64,000 bases of DNA from assembly GCA_050253075.1 (NCBI GenBank), contig JBFWJS010000005.1, forward strand, positions 83,237-147,236, in the 5' to 3' direction. The translations under genes and the position numbers were made by a program. The notes under the pieces are model-generated. The model was given only the letters and a program-made list of their open reading frames with translations. It was not told the origin of the DNA and searched no databases. Numbering within the stretch: the stretch's first letter is position 1; every line of letters begins with the position of its first letter. The DNA is from Deferribacterales bacterium. Lineage in GTDB: Bacteria; Chrysiogenota; Deferribacteres; Deferribacterales; Geovibrionaceae. Below, one piece after another: positions 30,580-40,800 of this stretch.

Positions 30580-32868
30580 TCAGTTAGACCCGCGAAACAC
30601 AGTCAGCTGTTCGCTGAGCCCTTTCACATTTTTTCTTATCCCGCCGACAAGCTGCAGTGCATATTCAATGCCTACATCAAGTCCGTGCTCTTCGAGCTTT
30701 TCCATGGATGCTGCCATATCTTTCAGGTAAAAGCTGAGGAACTGTCCTTTTATGTAGTGCGCCTTCTGCTTTATCTTAGCGTGCAGTTCATTTTTAACAT
30801 TATATTCGAGTTCGTCGAGGTCATTATATATTGATTTGAAAAATATATCCAACAGCCTTTCGACATCTTCGCTTTCGATTTCAGCATTTTCCAGCATATT
30901 CAGCATAATGTACTCTATCATTCCGCTCGGAGATATGGCAGAAACTGTATGTTCAACAGGCGCAGCCACATCCAGAAGCTGTTTTATGACAGAAACGCTG
31001 ATAGGCTTCACCAGATATCCGTCAAAACCGTATGAAAGGTATTCCACCTGTTTTTCTTTCAAAGCGTGGGCCGTAAGCGCATATACCGGCGGAATGTCCG
31101 CATTCTCTTTTTCAGCGTATTCCTTTATCGCGGTCATGGTTTCCAGTCCGTCTTTGATAGGCATGTTGATGTCTATCAGCACAAGGTCGTACTTATGCTG
31201 TTTGAAATACATAAGCCCCGATTCGCCGTTTGAGACGATGTCTGTTGCAGCACCCAGCTTCTCAAATATCACTTTCATCAGGAGCTGGTTATTATAGTTA
31301 TCCTCCATCACGAGGACACGTTTATTCGTATCTATCCGCCCGGCAGGGTCTTTCTTATAAGCCTCTTTCACCGCCAGCAGGAAAGACCTCGGGTCGAGGA
31401 TACCTCTGTATGTGACGAGCTTGTCGCCGTGGGCGTTGTTTCTGTGGGTTTCGCAGTGGGTGTCGGACAGGCACACTATCTTCATATCGCCCATCTTCTC
31501 CAGCAGTGCAGCATCCTTACAGAGCTCGTCGCACTCAGCGATGACATTCACCGCAGAGAACCTTCTGCCTCTTTCGTTCTCTTCGATAATGTCAGAGAAC
31601 TTTTTAAAGACCTTATTCGGCATACCAAGACTTTGCATGTATTTGCTGAGTGTCTCAGTGACAGCACCCTTATCTTCCTTCAGCACGACAGAAACCGCAA
31701 GGTCTCCGCTTCGCTCGGCATAGGCAAATGACCTGCCGTCTAGGATCTTAGATTTTATAACAAAGCTGAATTCGCTCCCTTCGTTAACGGCGCTTTCGAC
31801 CTTTATCTCGGTCTGCATCAGCTCTGCAAATTTTGAACATATATAGAGCCCTACTCCGGAGCCTTCAAAATACTCATCCGTTTGCTCCCTTTCATAAGGC
31901 ATGAAAATCTTATCGGTAAATTCCTTATTCATACCTGCGCCGTTATCCTTCACAGAGAATTTTATCTCTGCCACGCCTGTTGCAGCACTGACCAGCTCAG
32001 CCTTTACATACACCTCACCCTCTTCGGGGGTGAATTTCACGGCGTTGCTTATAAAATTAAGCAGGATCTGGCGTATCTTTGAAGAATCCGCAAAAACTTT
32101 TGCAGGAAGCTCAGGATCGATAAAGCAAACGAGCCTGATAGACTTCTGCAGCGCCTTCGCATAGAAGAGCTCTGCGGATGATTTAACAGTATCGTGGATG
32201 CTGCATTCGGTAGGCTTGAACTCCAGCACGCCCTTTTCGACCTCGCTGATGCTAATTACGCTGTTTACGATGTCCAGCATAGAGTTAGAGCTGTCCTGCA
32301 GGACATTGAGGTATTCCCTCTGCTCAACAGACAGGCTGGTGCTTTTCAAGAGTTCGATGAATCCGAGGATAGAGTTCAGCGGAGTACGCAGCTCGTGGCT
32401 GGTATGCGCTAGGAATTCAGACTTGCTTTGGCTGTGCTTCTTATTTATCTCGGCCATGCGGTTCAGCTTCTGTTCCACTTCGAGATAAGGCGTACAGTCG
32501 TAGACGGTAACGAGATAAACGTCCTCGTCATCCAGATAGCTGACTGTGACATCCTGCTGCATCACGTCAAAGAACTGCCCTGTCAGGCTTTTCACCTGAA
32601 CGGGTATAAGATATCTATCGTTGAAACCCTGATAATAAGCAGGGGCCTTCATCATTTTTGTCTGATTCATCTTACGTTTGAGCTTTTTCAGATTTACATC
32701 GGGAAAGATTTCGGCAAGCTCTTTACGGCTGATCTCATCCACGCACACACCGGTATGCAGATACAGCCAGTTGTTCCAGAAGAGCACCCTGCACTCTTCA
32801 TCCAGCACCATGACACCGTTGTTCACATGGTTGAAAAGCTCAAATTTGTAGTTATCAGAAGTTTTCAT
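30580..32868 (-). CDS. Hybrid histidine kinase PAS-HisKA-HATPase-REC-Hpt
   Basis: SHELRTPL, NAVKFT, DNGAG, DINMP, KAHYIKG (Hpt). Confidence 0.92.
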   Translation of the reverse strand: MKTSDNYKFELFNHVNNGVMVLDEECRVLFWNNWLYLHTGVCVDEISRKELAEIFPDVNLKKLKRKMNQTKMMKAPAYYQGFNDRYLIPVQVKSLTGQFFDVMQQDVTVSYLDDEDVYLVTVYDCTPYLEVEQKLNRMAEINKKHSQSKSEFLAHTSHELRTPLNSILGFIELLKSTSLSVEQREYLNVLQDSSNSMLDIVNSVISISEVEKGVLEFKPTECSIHDTVKSSAELFYAKALQKSIRLVCFIDPELPAKVFADSSKIRQILLNFISNAVKFTPEEGEVYVKAELVSAATGVAEIKFSVKDNGAGMNKEFTDKIFMPYEREQTDEYFEGSGVGLYICSKFAELMQTEIKVESAVNEGSEFSFVIKSKILDGRSFAYAERSGDLAVSVVLKEDKGAVTETLSKYMQSLGMPNKVFKKFSDIIEENERGRRFSAVNVIAECDELCKDAALLEKMGDMKIVCLSDTHCETHRNNAHGDKLVTYRGILDPRSFLLAVKEAYKKDPAGRIDTNKRVLVMEDNYNNQLLMKVIFEKLGAATDIVSNGESGLMYFKQHKYDLVLIDINMPIKDGLETMTAIKEYAEKENADIPPVYALTAHALKEKQVEYLSYGFDGYLVKPISVSVIKQLLDVAAPVEHTVSAISPSGMIEYIMLNMLENAEIESEDVERLLDIFFKSIYNDLDELEYNVKNELHAKIKQKAHYIKGQFLSFYLKDMAASMEKLEEHGLDVGIEYALQLVGGIRKNVKGLSEQLTVFRGSN

Positions 32869-33469
32869 CTATAAATTTTTCTATTGTTTCCTGAAGATAT
32901 TCAAAAGATTCCTCGTTTATAAATATCAGCAGATACCCGACAACATCGCTCTCCTGACCGGAAAGCCAAGTCTTAATTATAAAAAAATGCTCGAACGAGT
33001 TGTTCCTGTATGTGAAAACGATATCGTCGATATGGCTGTCCACGAGGTTTGGTGCGGAGAAAGACATATGGGACGAAAGCAGCTCAGCGAGCTTGCCTAT
33101 GCTGACAGATGTCAGAATATTTGAAAGCTCCAGAGCACAGCTGCGGATGTCTTCTTCATCAAGTGCATCTGCGGGCTCTTCCAGCATCAGCGAAGCAAAG
33201 TTCTGCGCTGAAGACATATCTACAAGGAACAGACTCTCGCCTATATAGGCTCCTTTGAACTTCTGATTTGTGACGATGCAGTTTTTGAGATTCACCGGTA
33301 TCTTATCCAGCTGATTCTGGATGTCGTTGATATCTGTGACGATAATCTCAGGCACGCTGAGTTTAACATAGCTGCCTGCTGCATTCGTAATGAGGGATGT
33401 AGCCATACCGTATGAAATGTTTACTATCTCTTTGAGAACATCGACTTCATCAGCCGAGAATTTAATCAT
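32855..33469 (-). CDS. CheC-like phosphatase
   Basis: Two ExxN motifs (KEIVNI, LELSNI), LSVP. Confidence 0.8.
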   Translation of the reverse strand: MIKFSADEVDVLKEIVNISYGMATSLITNAAGSYVKLSVPEIIVTDINDIQNQLDKIPVNLKNCIVTNQKFKGAYIGESLFLVDMSSAQNFASLMLEEPADALDEEDIRSCALELSNILTSVSIGKLAELLSSHMSFSAPNLVDSHIDDIVFTYRNNSFEHFFIIKTWLSGQESDVVGYLLIFINEESFEYLQETIEKFIDENF

Positions 33470-33668
33470 CTAATCCACCATTCTTATCATTTAAGCCCAA
33501 AAGAATATAACTATCAATAATATCTGTATTTAGACTAATTTTATCATTATACGCTGTCTATATCAAGGATATTTCTGAACAACATAGGTTTAATAAAACC
33601 GACACACAGATAACCTGCATATAATATGCCCTTTTAGGCACTTAGCAATAATATTTATTTTCAAATGA

Positions 33669-33697
33669 TTGACATCGGCATCCTTAAGTAATAAAAT
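33669..33697 (+). promoter_or_regulatory. Sigma70 promoter
   Basis: TTGACA-N17-TAAAAT. Confidence 0.75.
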
Positions 33698-33700
33698 CAT

Positions 33701-33728
33701 GTCGATATATACTTAACTACATAACGAT
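33701..33728 (+). promoter_or_regulatory. ModE-type operator
   Basis: GTCGATATATA-CTTAAC-TACATAACGAT matches ModE consensus CGNTATATA-N6-TATATAACG and overlaps the predicted +1. Confidence 0.75.
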
Positions 33729-33748
33729 TATATTCTCAGTAGGAGGCG

Positions 33749-34495
33749 GTGCAAAAAATGATAAACATCTATTCATCCGGCAGCATTTCAGGCGCAGTGC
33801 GAGATGCCGTAAACAGCCATCTGTTCAACGAAGGCGGCATCGGTATAAACTGCACCGTAGGCCCTGCGGGGCTCCTCCGCAGACGTATCGAAGAGGGAGA
33901 GATGTTCGACATATTCATCTCCGCCGACCTGCACAACGCCAAAGAGCTCCAGATAAAAGGGATAACAAACGCTCCGATACATCTGGTGAAAAACAAGATG
34001 TCCGTATTCATAAAAAAGAGCCTCCACGCCGCAAAAGACACGGTGCTCGACATTCTGGCGAAGGACGGCATAAGACTGGGCATATCCACCCCGCTGTCTG
34101 ACCCTGCGGGAGATTATGCCATGGATGTGTTTTATAATATCGAGAATAATATATCGCAGGAATTAGGAAAACTGCTGAAGAAAAAGGCTATCCCCGTTGT
34201 CGGCAATGCTCTGCTACCCGCCATGCAGAACCACGGCAAAAGCCCCGTAGTGAGACTGTTCAGAGAAGGTCATATCGATGCATTCATAGGATACTCGAGC
34301 AGCTTCCTGAAGCTGGCGGAATGTCATGATTATGTCGAAGAGATAGACCTGCCCGAGCAGGCCGCCGTACAGGCGGATTATTACGCCGCACTCTTCATCG
34401 GAGCATCAGACGGCGCAGATAAGATAATCTGTACACTGCTGAAACAAAAGGACATATTCCTGAAACACGGCTTTATTCCGCTGGAGATATCTTAA
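33749..34495 (+). CDS. ModA-like molybdate/tungstate-binding domain protein without signal peptide
   Basis: YSSGS, GPAGLLRRRIEEGE.FDIFISAD, STP.SDPAGDYA; GTG start after AGGAGG. Confidence 0.75.
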   Translation: MQKMINIYSSGSISGAVRDAVNSHLFNEGGIGINCTVGPAGLLRRRIEEGEMFDIFISADLHNAKELQIKGITNAPIHLVKNKMSVFIKKSLHAAKDTVLDILAKDGIRLGISTPLSDPAGDYAMDVFYNIENNISQELGKLLKKKAIPVVGNALLPAMQNHGKSPVVRLFREGHIDAFIGYSSSFLKLAECHDYVEEIDLPEQAAVQADYYAALFIGASDGADKIICTLLKQKDIFLKHGFIPLEIS

Positions 34496-36155
34496 AGGTC
34501 TCCACCCTGTTTCGTCCGTTATTTTTTGCGCTGTAGAGAGCTTTGTCCGCAGAGACCATTAGTGATTCGAGGGAGTCATAACGCTCATATGCGCAGACTA
34601 TGCCTATGCTTATGGTACAGCTTATAAGTTCGCCTTCGGCATCCATCTTTGCACTCTCCACCAGCTCCCTTATGCGCTCCGCTACGAGGCGTGCTTCGTC
34701 AGGGTCTGTCTCTACGAGCACAGCCGCAAACTCCTCTCCGCCCAGACGACCAAAAAGGTCATTGTCTCTCAGTGCATTAGCACATATATCCGCAATATTC
34801 TGCAACACCAAATCGCCTATGTGGTGTCCGTATGTGTCGTTTACAGATTTGAAATGGTCGATATCCATCATCAGCAGACAGGCGTTGTGCTTATAGCGGA
34901 TGCTTCGCTGAAGCTCTTTTTCGCCCAGTTCCATAAAGTGACGCCTGTTGCTGACACCTGTCAGCTCGTCTATCATGGCTATCTTCCGCAGTTTTTCCTC
35001 TCTGTTGGAGACCTCGTTATCGTAATAGACAAAAACCTTCGCCATGTCGGTTATCTCGTCATTACCGGAGGTGTCTATATCTACATCGTCACCAGCCAGC
35101 CTGCCGAGTATAGCTTTGTTCAGCCTCATCAGCCTCTGAACCAGATTCTTTCTGAAATAGACGACCACAAAGCCAGACGTCATAAAAGCACCGATGGAAA
35201 CAACTGCGAATATCAGAGTCATCTGACCTATCCTTTCAGACAGCAGCCTCGAATTATCGGCGGTATAGTTGATCAGGGTATTAAAGCCTGAAGTGTTTCT
35301 GTTTTTGAAGTCTTCGACCATATTACGGGTGAAATTGCCCCGTCCGTATTTCTGCAGGCTGACCTTTATCGCTTCCTCTATTTTATCCACCAGCCCGTCA
35401 TCGGAAATGACAAAATCAGAGAGCTGTTCTTCCACAGCCTTCATTTTTAAGCGCAGGTCTGCGGGCATATCGCCGGATATCTTTTCAAGATTTGCGAAGT
35501 CTCTGCTGAGGCTGTTGCGCAGTATCTTTATCTTATACATGGCGTCGATGGTGCCCGCCTGATTAGCCTTGTTTATGATGGCGACCATATGCCCAGTCCA
35601 TGTGGAAAGTCCGGAGTATGTCTTCTGGTCTGAGATGGTCACACGTGTGTCCTGCTCGAATTTTATGATCTCTTCGGAAAAGTCGAACAGCCTGCTCATC
35701 AGTTCCTGTATTCCTGACGAGACCGCCACGTTCTCTGTTACCATATCGTTCAGCTCTTCCAGAGTGCTGTTTATGACCTCTATCTCATTCGACAGAGTTT
35801 CATTCAGCTCAAAGTCCGAGCCGACTATCCTGCCTATCTCCTCCATGCTCTGCTCGATATTGCCGTACGCCAGCCTCTGTACAGGGCTGGACTCCGCAGA
35901 TATGAGCCTCTCTGTCTCACTCAGCACATGGCTGATGAGGTTGTTCAGCTTCGCCCTGCGTGTGATGTCGGGGAGGCCCTTATTCGAAATATCTTTCATA
36001 GCAGAATGAAAGCTGTGAAAACCGATAAGCGCAATGCCGGACACGGCGACAAGCGCTATGACTATCGCAATGAGCCCGCCGGTGATCTTCTTGGCTATAC
36101 TCTGCTTTTTACCGTTTAAAATTTTTAAAATCTCTCTACTCCAAAAAAATAACAA
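34473..36155 (-). CDS. Membrane diguanylate cyclase (large helical periplasmic domain-HAMP-GGDEF)
   Basis: Two TM helices, DELTG, DIDHFK, RxxD I-site (RDND), GGEEF; start codon uncertain. Confidence 0.9.
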   Translation of the reverse strand: MLFFWSREILKILNGKKQSIAKKITGGLIAIVIALVAVSGIALIGFHSFHSAMKDISNKGLPDITRRAKLNNLISHVLSETERLISAESSPVQRLAYGNIEQSMEEIGRIVGSDFELNETLSNEIEVINSTLEELNDMVTENVAVSSGIQELMSRLFDFSEEIIKFEQDTRVTISDQKTYSGLSTWTGHMVAIINKANQAGTIDAMYKIKILRNSLSRDFANLEKISGDMPADLRLKMKAVEEQLSDFVISDDGLVDKIEEAIKVSLQKYGRGNFTRNMVEDFKNRNTSGFNTLINYTADNSRLLSERIGQMTLIFAVVSIGAFMTSGFVVVYFRKNLVQRLMRLNKAILGRLAGDDVDIDTSGNDEITDMAKVFVYYDNEVSNREEKLRKIAMIDELTGVSNRRHFMELGEKELQRSIRYKHNACLLMMDIDHFKSVNDTYGHHIGDLVLQNIADICANALRDNDLFGRLGGEEFAAVLVETDPDEARLVAERIRELVESAKMDAEGELISCTISIGIVCAYERYDSLESLMVSADKALYSAKNNGRNRVETFKISPAE

Positions 36156-36156
36156 A

Positions 36157-37626
36157 TCATGGGCATTTGGTTAATATTCTGCCCTCTATCTTCGGACTAA
36201 CCACATTCTTATTCTGGACATATTCCCTCACTATCTCCCAAATAAGCATGGACGCCTTTTTCCCCTGAACCACTCTAGCATCCTTCAGCATGGAGAAGCC
36301 GTCCCCTCCGTTCGCCATGAAATCTGCCGTGGCAGCTCTGTAAATCTTATCGTCTTTCAGCGGTTTGCCGTTTATCGTTATGGATACGACCCTGCTGCCG
36401 ACGGGTTTTTCAGGACAATAAGCCATCTTCACACCCGAAAAATGCAGGAATCTACCCTTTACGTCATCCATAGTACTGAGACCGTTTTCCACAGCGTCTC
36501 TGAGCTGTCTGCCTGTGATATCCAGCAGTATGCCCGAATTCCTGAAAGGCAGCTCCGACTGTATGTCTCCCCGTGTCAGCAGAGTGCCCGCAGAGTAAAG
36601 CCTGTTGCCCCTTATCCCGCCTGAATTCATAAAGGCGATGTCGCTGTCGTAGTAATCACGCAGGGCATCCGCCGTCAGGTTGCCGAATGCGTTTTCGTAA
36701 AGCCTCACTATCCTCTTAACGGTGGTCATCTCTGTGGTCGTCCTGCCTATCACGGCGGACATAACGTCTGAGAGCTTCCCGTTGTAATAATCTACTTTTT
36801 TACTAACCTCAGGATCAGGCGGAAATTCTAAAAGGTGCCTGAAAACAGGGCTAACAGATACACCGTCGGCGCTTTTTTTAATATCTGCGACGATTACATT
36901 GCCGTCCACCGTCCCCTGCTTCACAAGGAAGCTGCCGTTCACGTCTATCACCTGATCTTCCTGTGATTTCACTATGAACATGATGTCGACACTCTTGCTG
37001 TATATCATCTGCATAATGTCTTCGTTCACCATACCCGCAACCATAAGCACAACATCGGCACCGTTCTTTTTCAGCTTTCGTGCCAGTTCGTCCATGTGGC
37101 TGATGTCCGGGTCTACTATTATTCTGTCTGGCATATAGTCCATATTTACCGACGGATCGAGGTATGAAATGACGCATACATTTATATCATTTATCTTATT
37201 ACAGTAGTTATTTAGAACACCTTCGAGGTTTTTCCCCGTGAGAGGGTCAGTTATATTCGAAGAGACAAAGGGGAAGCCAGCCTCTTTTATCCTGAGCACC
37301 AGCTCGTCTTCTTTATAGGCGAGTTCACGCTCATTTACGGTGACGGCGTCAGGCTCCAAACTGTTAAGGATATCTATCATATGAGAACCGTGGTCAAAAG
37401 CAGACATCGCACTGGGCGCAAGGAAATCTCCGCCGTGAAGGAAAAATACTGAGCCCTCACTGCGTGACTGTCTGAGCAGACCGCCCAGCTCCACAAGCCC
37501 GCCGACACCCTTATCAGACATAGATATATCAGGTGTACGAGAGATGTAGATGAGCTTTAAACTACTTTCTGCATATGCTGTAAAACTTTGTATTAAAAGA
37601 AATAAAACTAATAACGACCTAAGCAT
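36157..37626 (-). CDS. Secreted 5'-nucleotidase/UDP-sugar hydrolase homologue with degenerate metal site
   Basis: Signal peptide (AYA); GGD retained; C-terminal domain motifs NSGGIRG, LPFRN, GGDGF; start re-called after GGAGG. Confidence 0.85.
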   Translation of the reverse strand: MLRSLLVLFLLIQSFTAYAESSLKLIYISRTPDISMSDKGVGGLVELGGLLRQSRSEGSVFFLHGGDFLAPSAMSAFDHGSHMIDILNSLEPDAVTVNERELAYKEDELVLRIKEAGFPFVSSNITDPLTGKNLEGVLNNYCNKINDINVCVISYLDPSVNMDYMPDRIIVDPDISHMDELARKLKKNGADVVLMVAGMVNEDIMQMIYSKSVDIMFIVKSQEDQVIDVNGSFLVKQGTVDGNVIVADIKKSADGVSVSPVFRHLLEFPPDPEVSKKVDYYNGKLSDVMSAVIGRTTTEMTTVKRIVRLYENAFGNLTADALRDYYDSDIAFMNSGGIRGNRLYSAGTLLTRGDIQSELPFRNSGILLDITGRQLRDAVENGLSTMDDVKGRFLHFSGVKMAYCPEKPVGSRVVSITINGKPLKDDKIYRAATADFMANGGDGFSMLKDARVVQGKKASMLIWEIVREYVQNKNVVSPKIEGRILTKCP

Positions 37627-37765
37627 AACACCTCCGTACGTAAGCCCAGAAATGTAAGCTGACAAATTAATAATAAATAAAATTATCCCAATAAGGTATA
37701 AATTACAAGGAATTTTGAGCTAGAATTTAAAAATTATTTAACAAGAAAACAAATAGGCATGATAG

Positions 37766-37799
37766 AAAAAAAAGGCATGCACCCTTTCGAATGCATGCC
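37766..37799 (-). terminator. Intrinsic terminator of the ELWxxDGT gene
   Basis: GGCATGCA/TGCATGCC stem followed by a T8 tract on the minus strand. Confidence 0.75.
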
Positions 37800-37811
37800 A
37801 TTGTATTAAGT

Positions 37812-40800
37812 TTACGAACTTAACCCTACCGGTCCTTCCATAACTTTTATCATGGAGCTGCCGAGTATTCTCACCAGGAATATCTCTCCCGTGGTGTCGT
37901 TCTGGAACCACTTAAGAGAATAGCCTGTTTCGGGCACTACACCTGTGTAGTAGATGCTGCTCAGCATGCTGAAACCATCCAGCCCTGCTGCTTCCACATC
38001 CAGCTCTTTCACTGTGCCTAAGGAGTTTCTTATGAGATGCGTAACAATGCCGTTCTCCCCATAGATACCCACATAGAAAATATCATCCACCAAAAGCGTA
38101 GGATATATCAGAGGGATAGGAACAGGAGGTATACTGTCAGGCTTTGCCACTGTATGCACCAGAACCGAGCCGTCCACAGTGCCGTCTGTCTTCCAGAGGT
38201 ATTCGCTGCTGAGGTCTTCTGCTTTAAAAGTGTAGTAGTAATCATCTTCTACCGTAAGCAGTCCTGTAGCATACTCAGTAGAGAGGAAGTCTCTCAGTTT
38301 TACGGAGCTCATGGTTGTAAGGTCTGTCGCCCATAAGGTCGATGTGCCGTCATCCATTGCTACCAGAGTAAAGAGCTTGCCCCCTGCGTACTGAAATGAA
38401 TTTGATGAACTATCATTCAGAACATCATTAAGCTGTATTTCGCCAGCGAGTGATGTTCCGTCCTGTGTACCGTCTGTGAGATAAACATAAAGCAGGGTTT
38501 CGTCTGCTGAGTTCATAGCTACGATAGCCAGCTCATCATCCACGGCTATTGCTTTGATTATATCGAGGTCCCCGTCGTAATGGTTCCCGTCGATGTCCTC
38601 AAGCCTTGTCACATTACCCTGCACGTCCATTATAAAGTAAATATCATCGAATGTATCTGTGGTCTCACCGATGAATAATATCTTGTCGCCGAATACGGTC
38701 AGGACTTCGATATCGCCGTATATATCACCGAAAAGCTCTGTGCCTGCCTGTGTGCCGTCACTCCTTACGAACTGACAATCGCCTGTACACGTAACAGCGA
38801 CACCGTATCCGCCGACAGAATAGATTGTGTTGATGGATCCGATCGTGTCTTCGGCAGCAAGAGTACCTGCTTCTGTGCCGTCAGATGTCCATAATTTATA
38901 ATCGACAGACTTCAGCACATATCCGTGCTCCGCTTTTACAGATGCGATATACATATTGAGACCGTTTGAAGGTGTGGTATTTGCATCTTTCAGTATGGCT
39001 GTTCCTGCTGCCGTACCGTCTGACATCCACGGTTCAAACTTGCCTTCGAACATTCCTGAGAAGTATACCTTCCCGTTTAGCTCAACGTGGGCATTGTAGT
39101 CCCTGCTCGGGATATCGATGTCTCCTATTGATTTGATAAGTGTCGTTCCCGCATCTGTTCCGTCTGTAGACCAGAATCCGTATTCGTCATCAACATCGTA
39201 ACCATAAAAAAGCAGTTCATCCCCAAGCTGATAAAACGATTTAATACCGTCTACTTTGCTTGTTACTGCGGAGATGGTACCCGCTGTGATATCTGCTTTA
39301 TAGAGGACATTATAATAAAGGAAGTAAACATCTTCATTCATCACAAATGCTCTGCCGTAAGTATATGAGTCGGAAACGCTGAGAACGTTAGCGAAAGGAT
39401 CTCCTGTGCCGTCTGAATAATATATTCTGGCATTATAGCTGTCACTTGTGTCACGCATAAGAAGGAATATGCTATCTTCCCCTGCTACCATTGATTTATC
39501 TGTATTATAAATAAAGCTGTTACGAATGGTATTATTCGCAGGGTATGCATATGAAGCCGGTGCAACCAGCTGTGCCTCATTTGTCAATGCTTCTGCGGCA
39601 TCAGCAGGTGTCAGCCTATAAATAGTAGTGCTGGTCTGTACATACAGGTCATCCTTGAAAGTAAGAAGAGCACTATTCGCCTCTATATCCATAGCATCAA
39701 CTGTCTTTGTCCCGTCTGAGACATAGAGCTTATCAGGCGTTTCAAACCAGATATATTCACCGGCAACTTGTATAATAGCTCTATCAGTCTGCGGGATAAG
39801 ATTCCCGTTAACATCCTGTACAGCTACTGTGCCCGCTTCGGTTCCGTCTGTAACTCCGACGACGTATACCCCCATGGATTCCATAGCTGCAGAGAAATAC
39901 GATTTACCCTTAAAAGATGTAAAGCTGTAAGGAAAGCTGCCGTTAGGTCCGGGTATTATATCCTTCAGCATGACAGTACCTGCTTCGGTTCCGTCTGAGA
40001 TCCATAGCTCACTTCCATGTACAGAGTCATTCACTCTGAAGATCAGAGTGCTGTCGTCAAAAGCTGCTAAAGAATACATCTCATTCGTGAACTCTTTAAC
40101 CAGAACCGTACCTGCTTCTGTCCCGTCAGATTTCCATAAAGATCCGCCGTTATCGCTTACAGTTGTGAAATAAAAATCTGAGCCGACCATAACAAAATTT
40201 TCCGGAAATGCTCTTTCAGTTGCGCTGTTTAAATCTTTTACAAATTTGAGTTCTTTGCCGTCCTCTGTCATCCACAGCTCTAATCCTCGCTCTGCATCAT
40301 AGCCTGCGAAGATGCGCTCTGTGGACTGGACAGTGCCGTCAGGGTCTATGGCGAGCTCGTTGAAAGTATCTTCCATGTGCTCCATAGCTTCCTCACGCTC
40401 GACAAATCTGAGCCCTTGAGGCAGGGTATCCCTGAGCCACTGCTCAAAGCCTGATGAAGAAAAGTCTGCATTTATAAGAGCAGCCAGAGCATCTTCGTCG
40501 GGAGTGATACCGTCTGAAGGGTCTCCGTTGCTGTCGATACTCTGAAGGAACTGAGCAAGGTTCAGAGCACGTTCCTCATCACCGGGAAATAGTGAATGAG
40601 GCGTGATATACGGGCCTGCCGGAGCAGAGCCGAGGACGATATCACCAGCCTTGAATGTTATAGTATCCCCTTCATTGTATTCGAACCCGCCGTTCTCATC
40701 TGTTGTTCCTGTTATTCCTGTCGGAGTGGTCTCATAAGAGAGGTTTACGACTGGGCTGTCGACGAAAACCCCTGTTTCAGAACCTGTGACAGGGTCTGGA

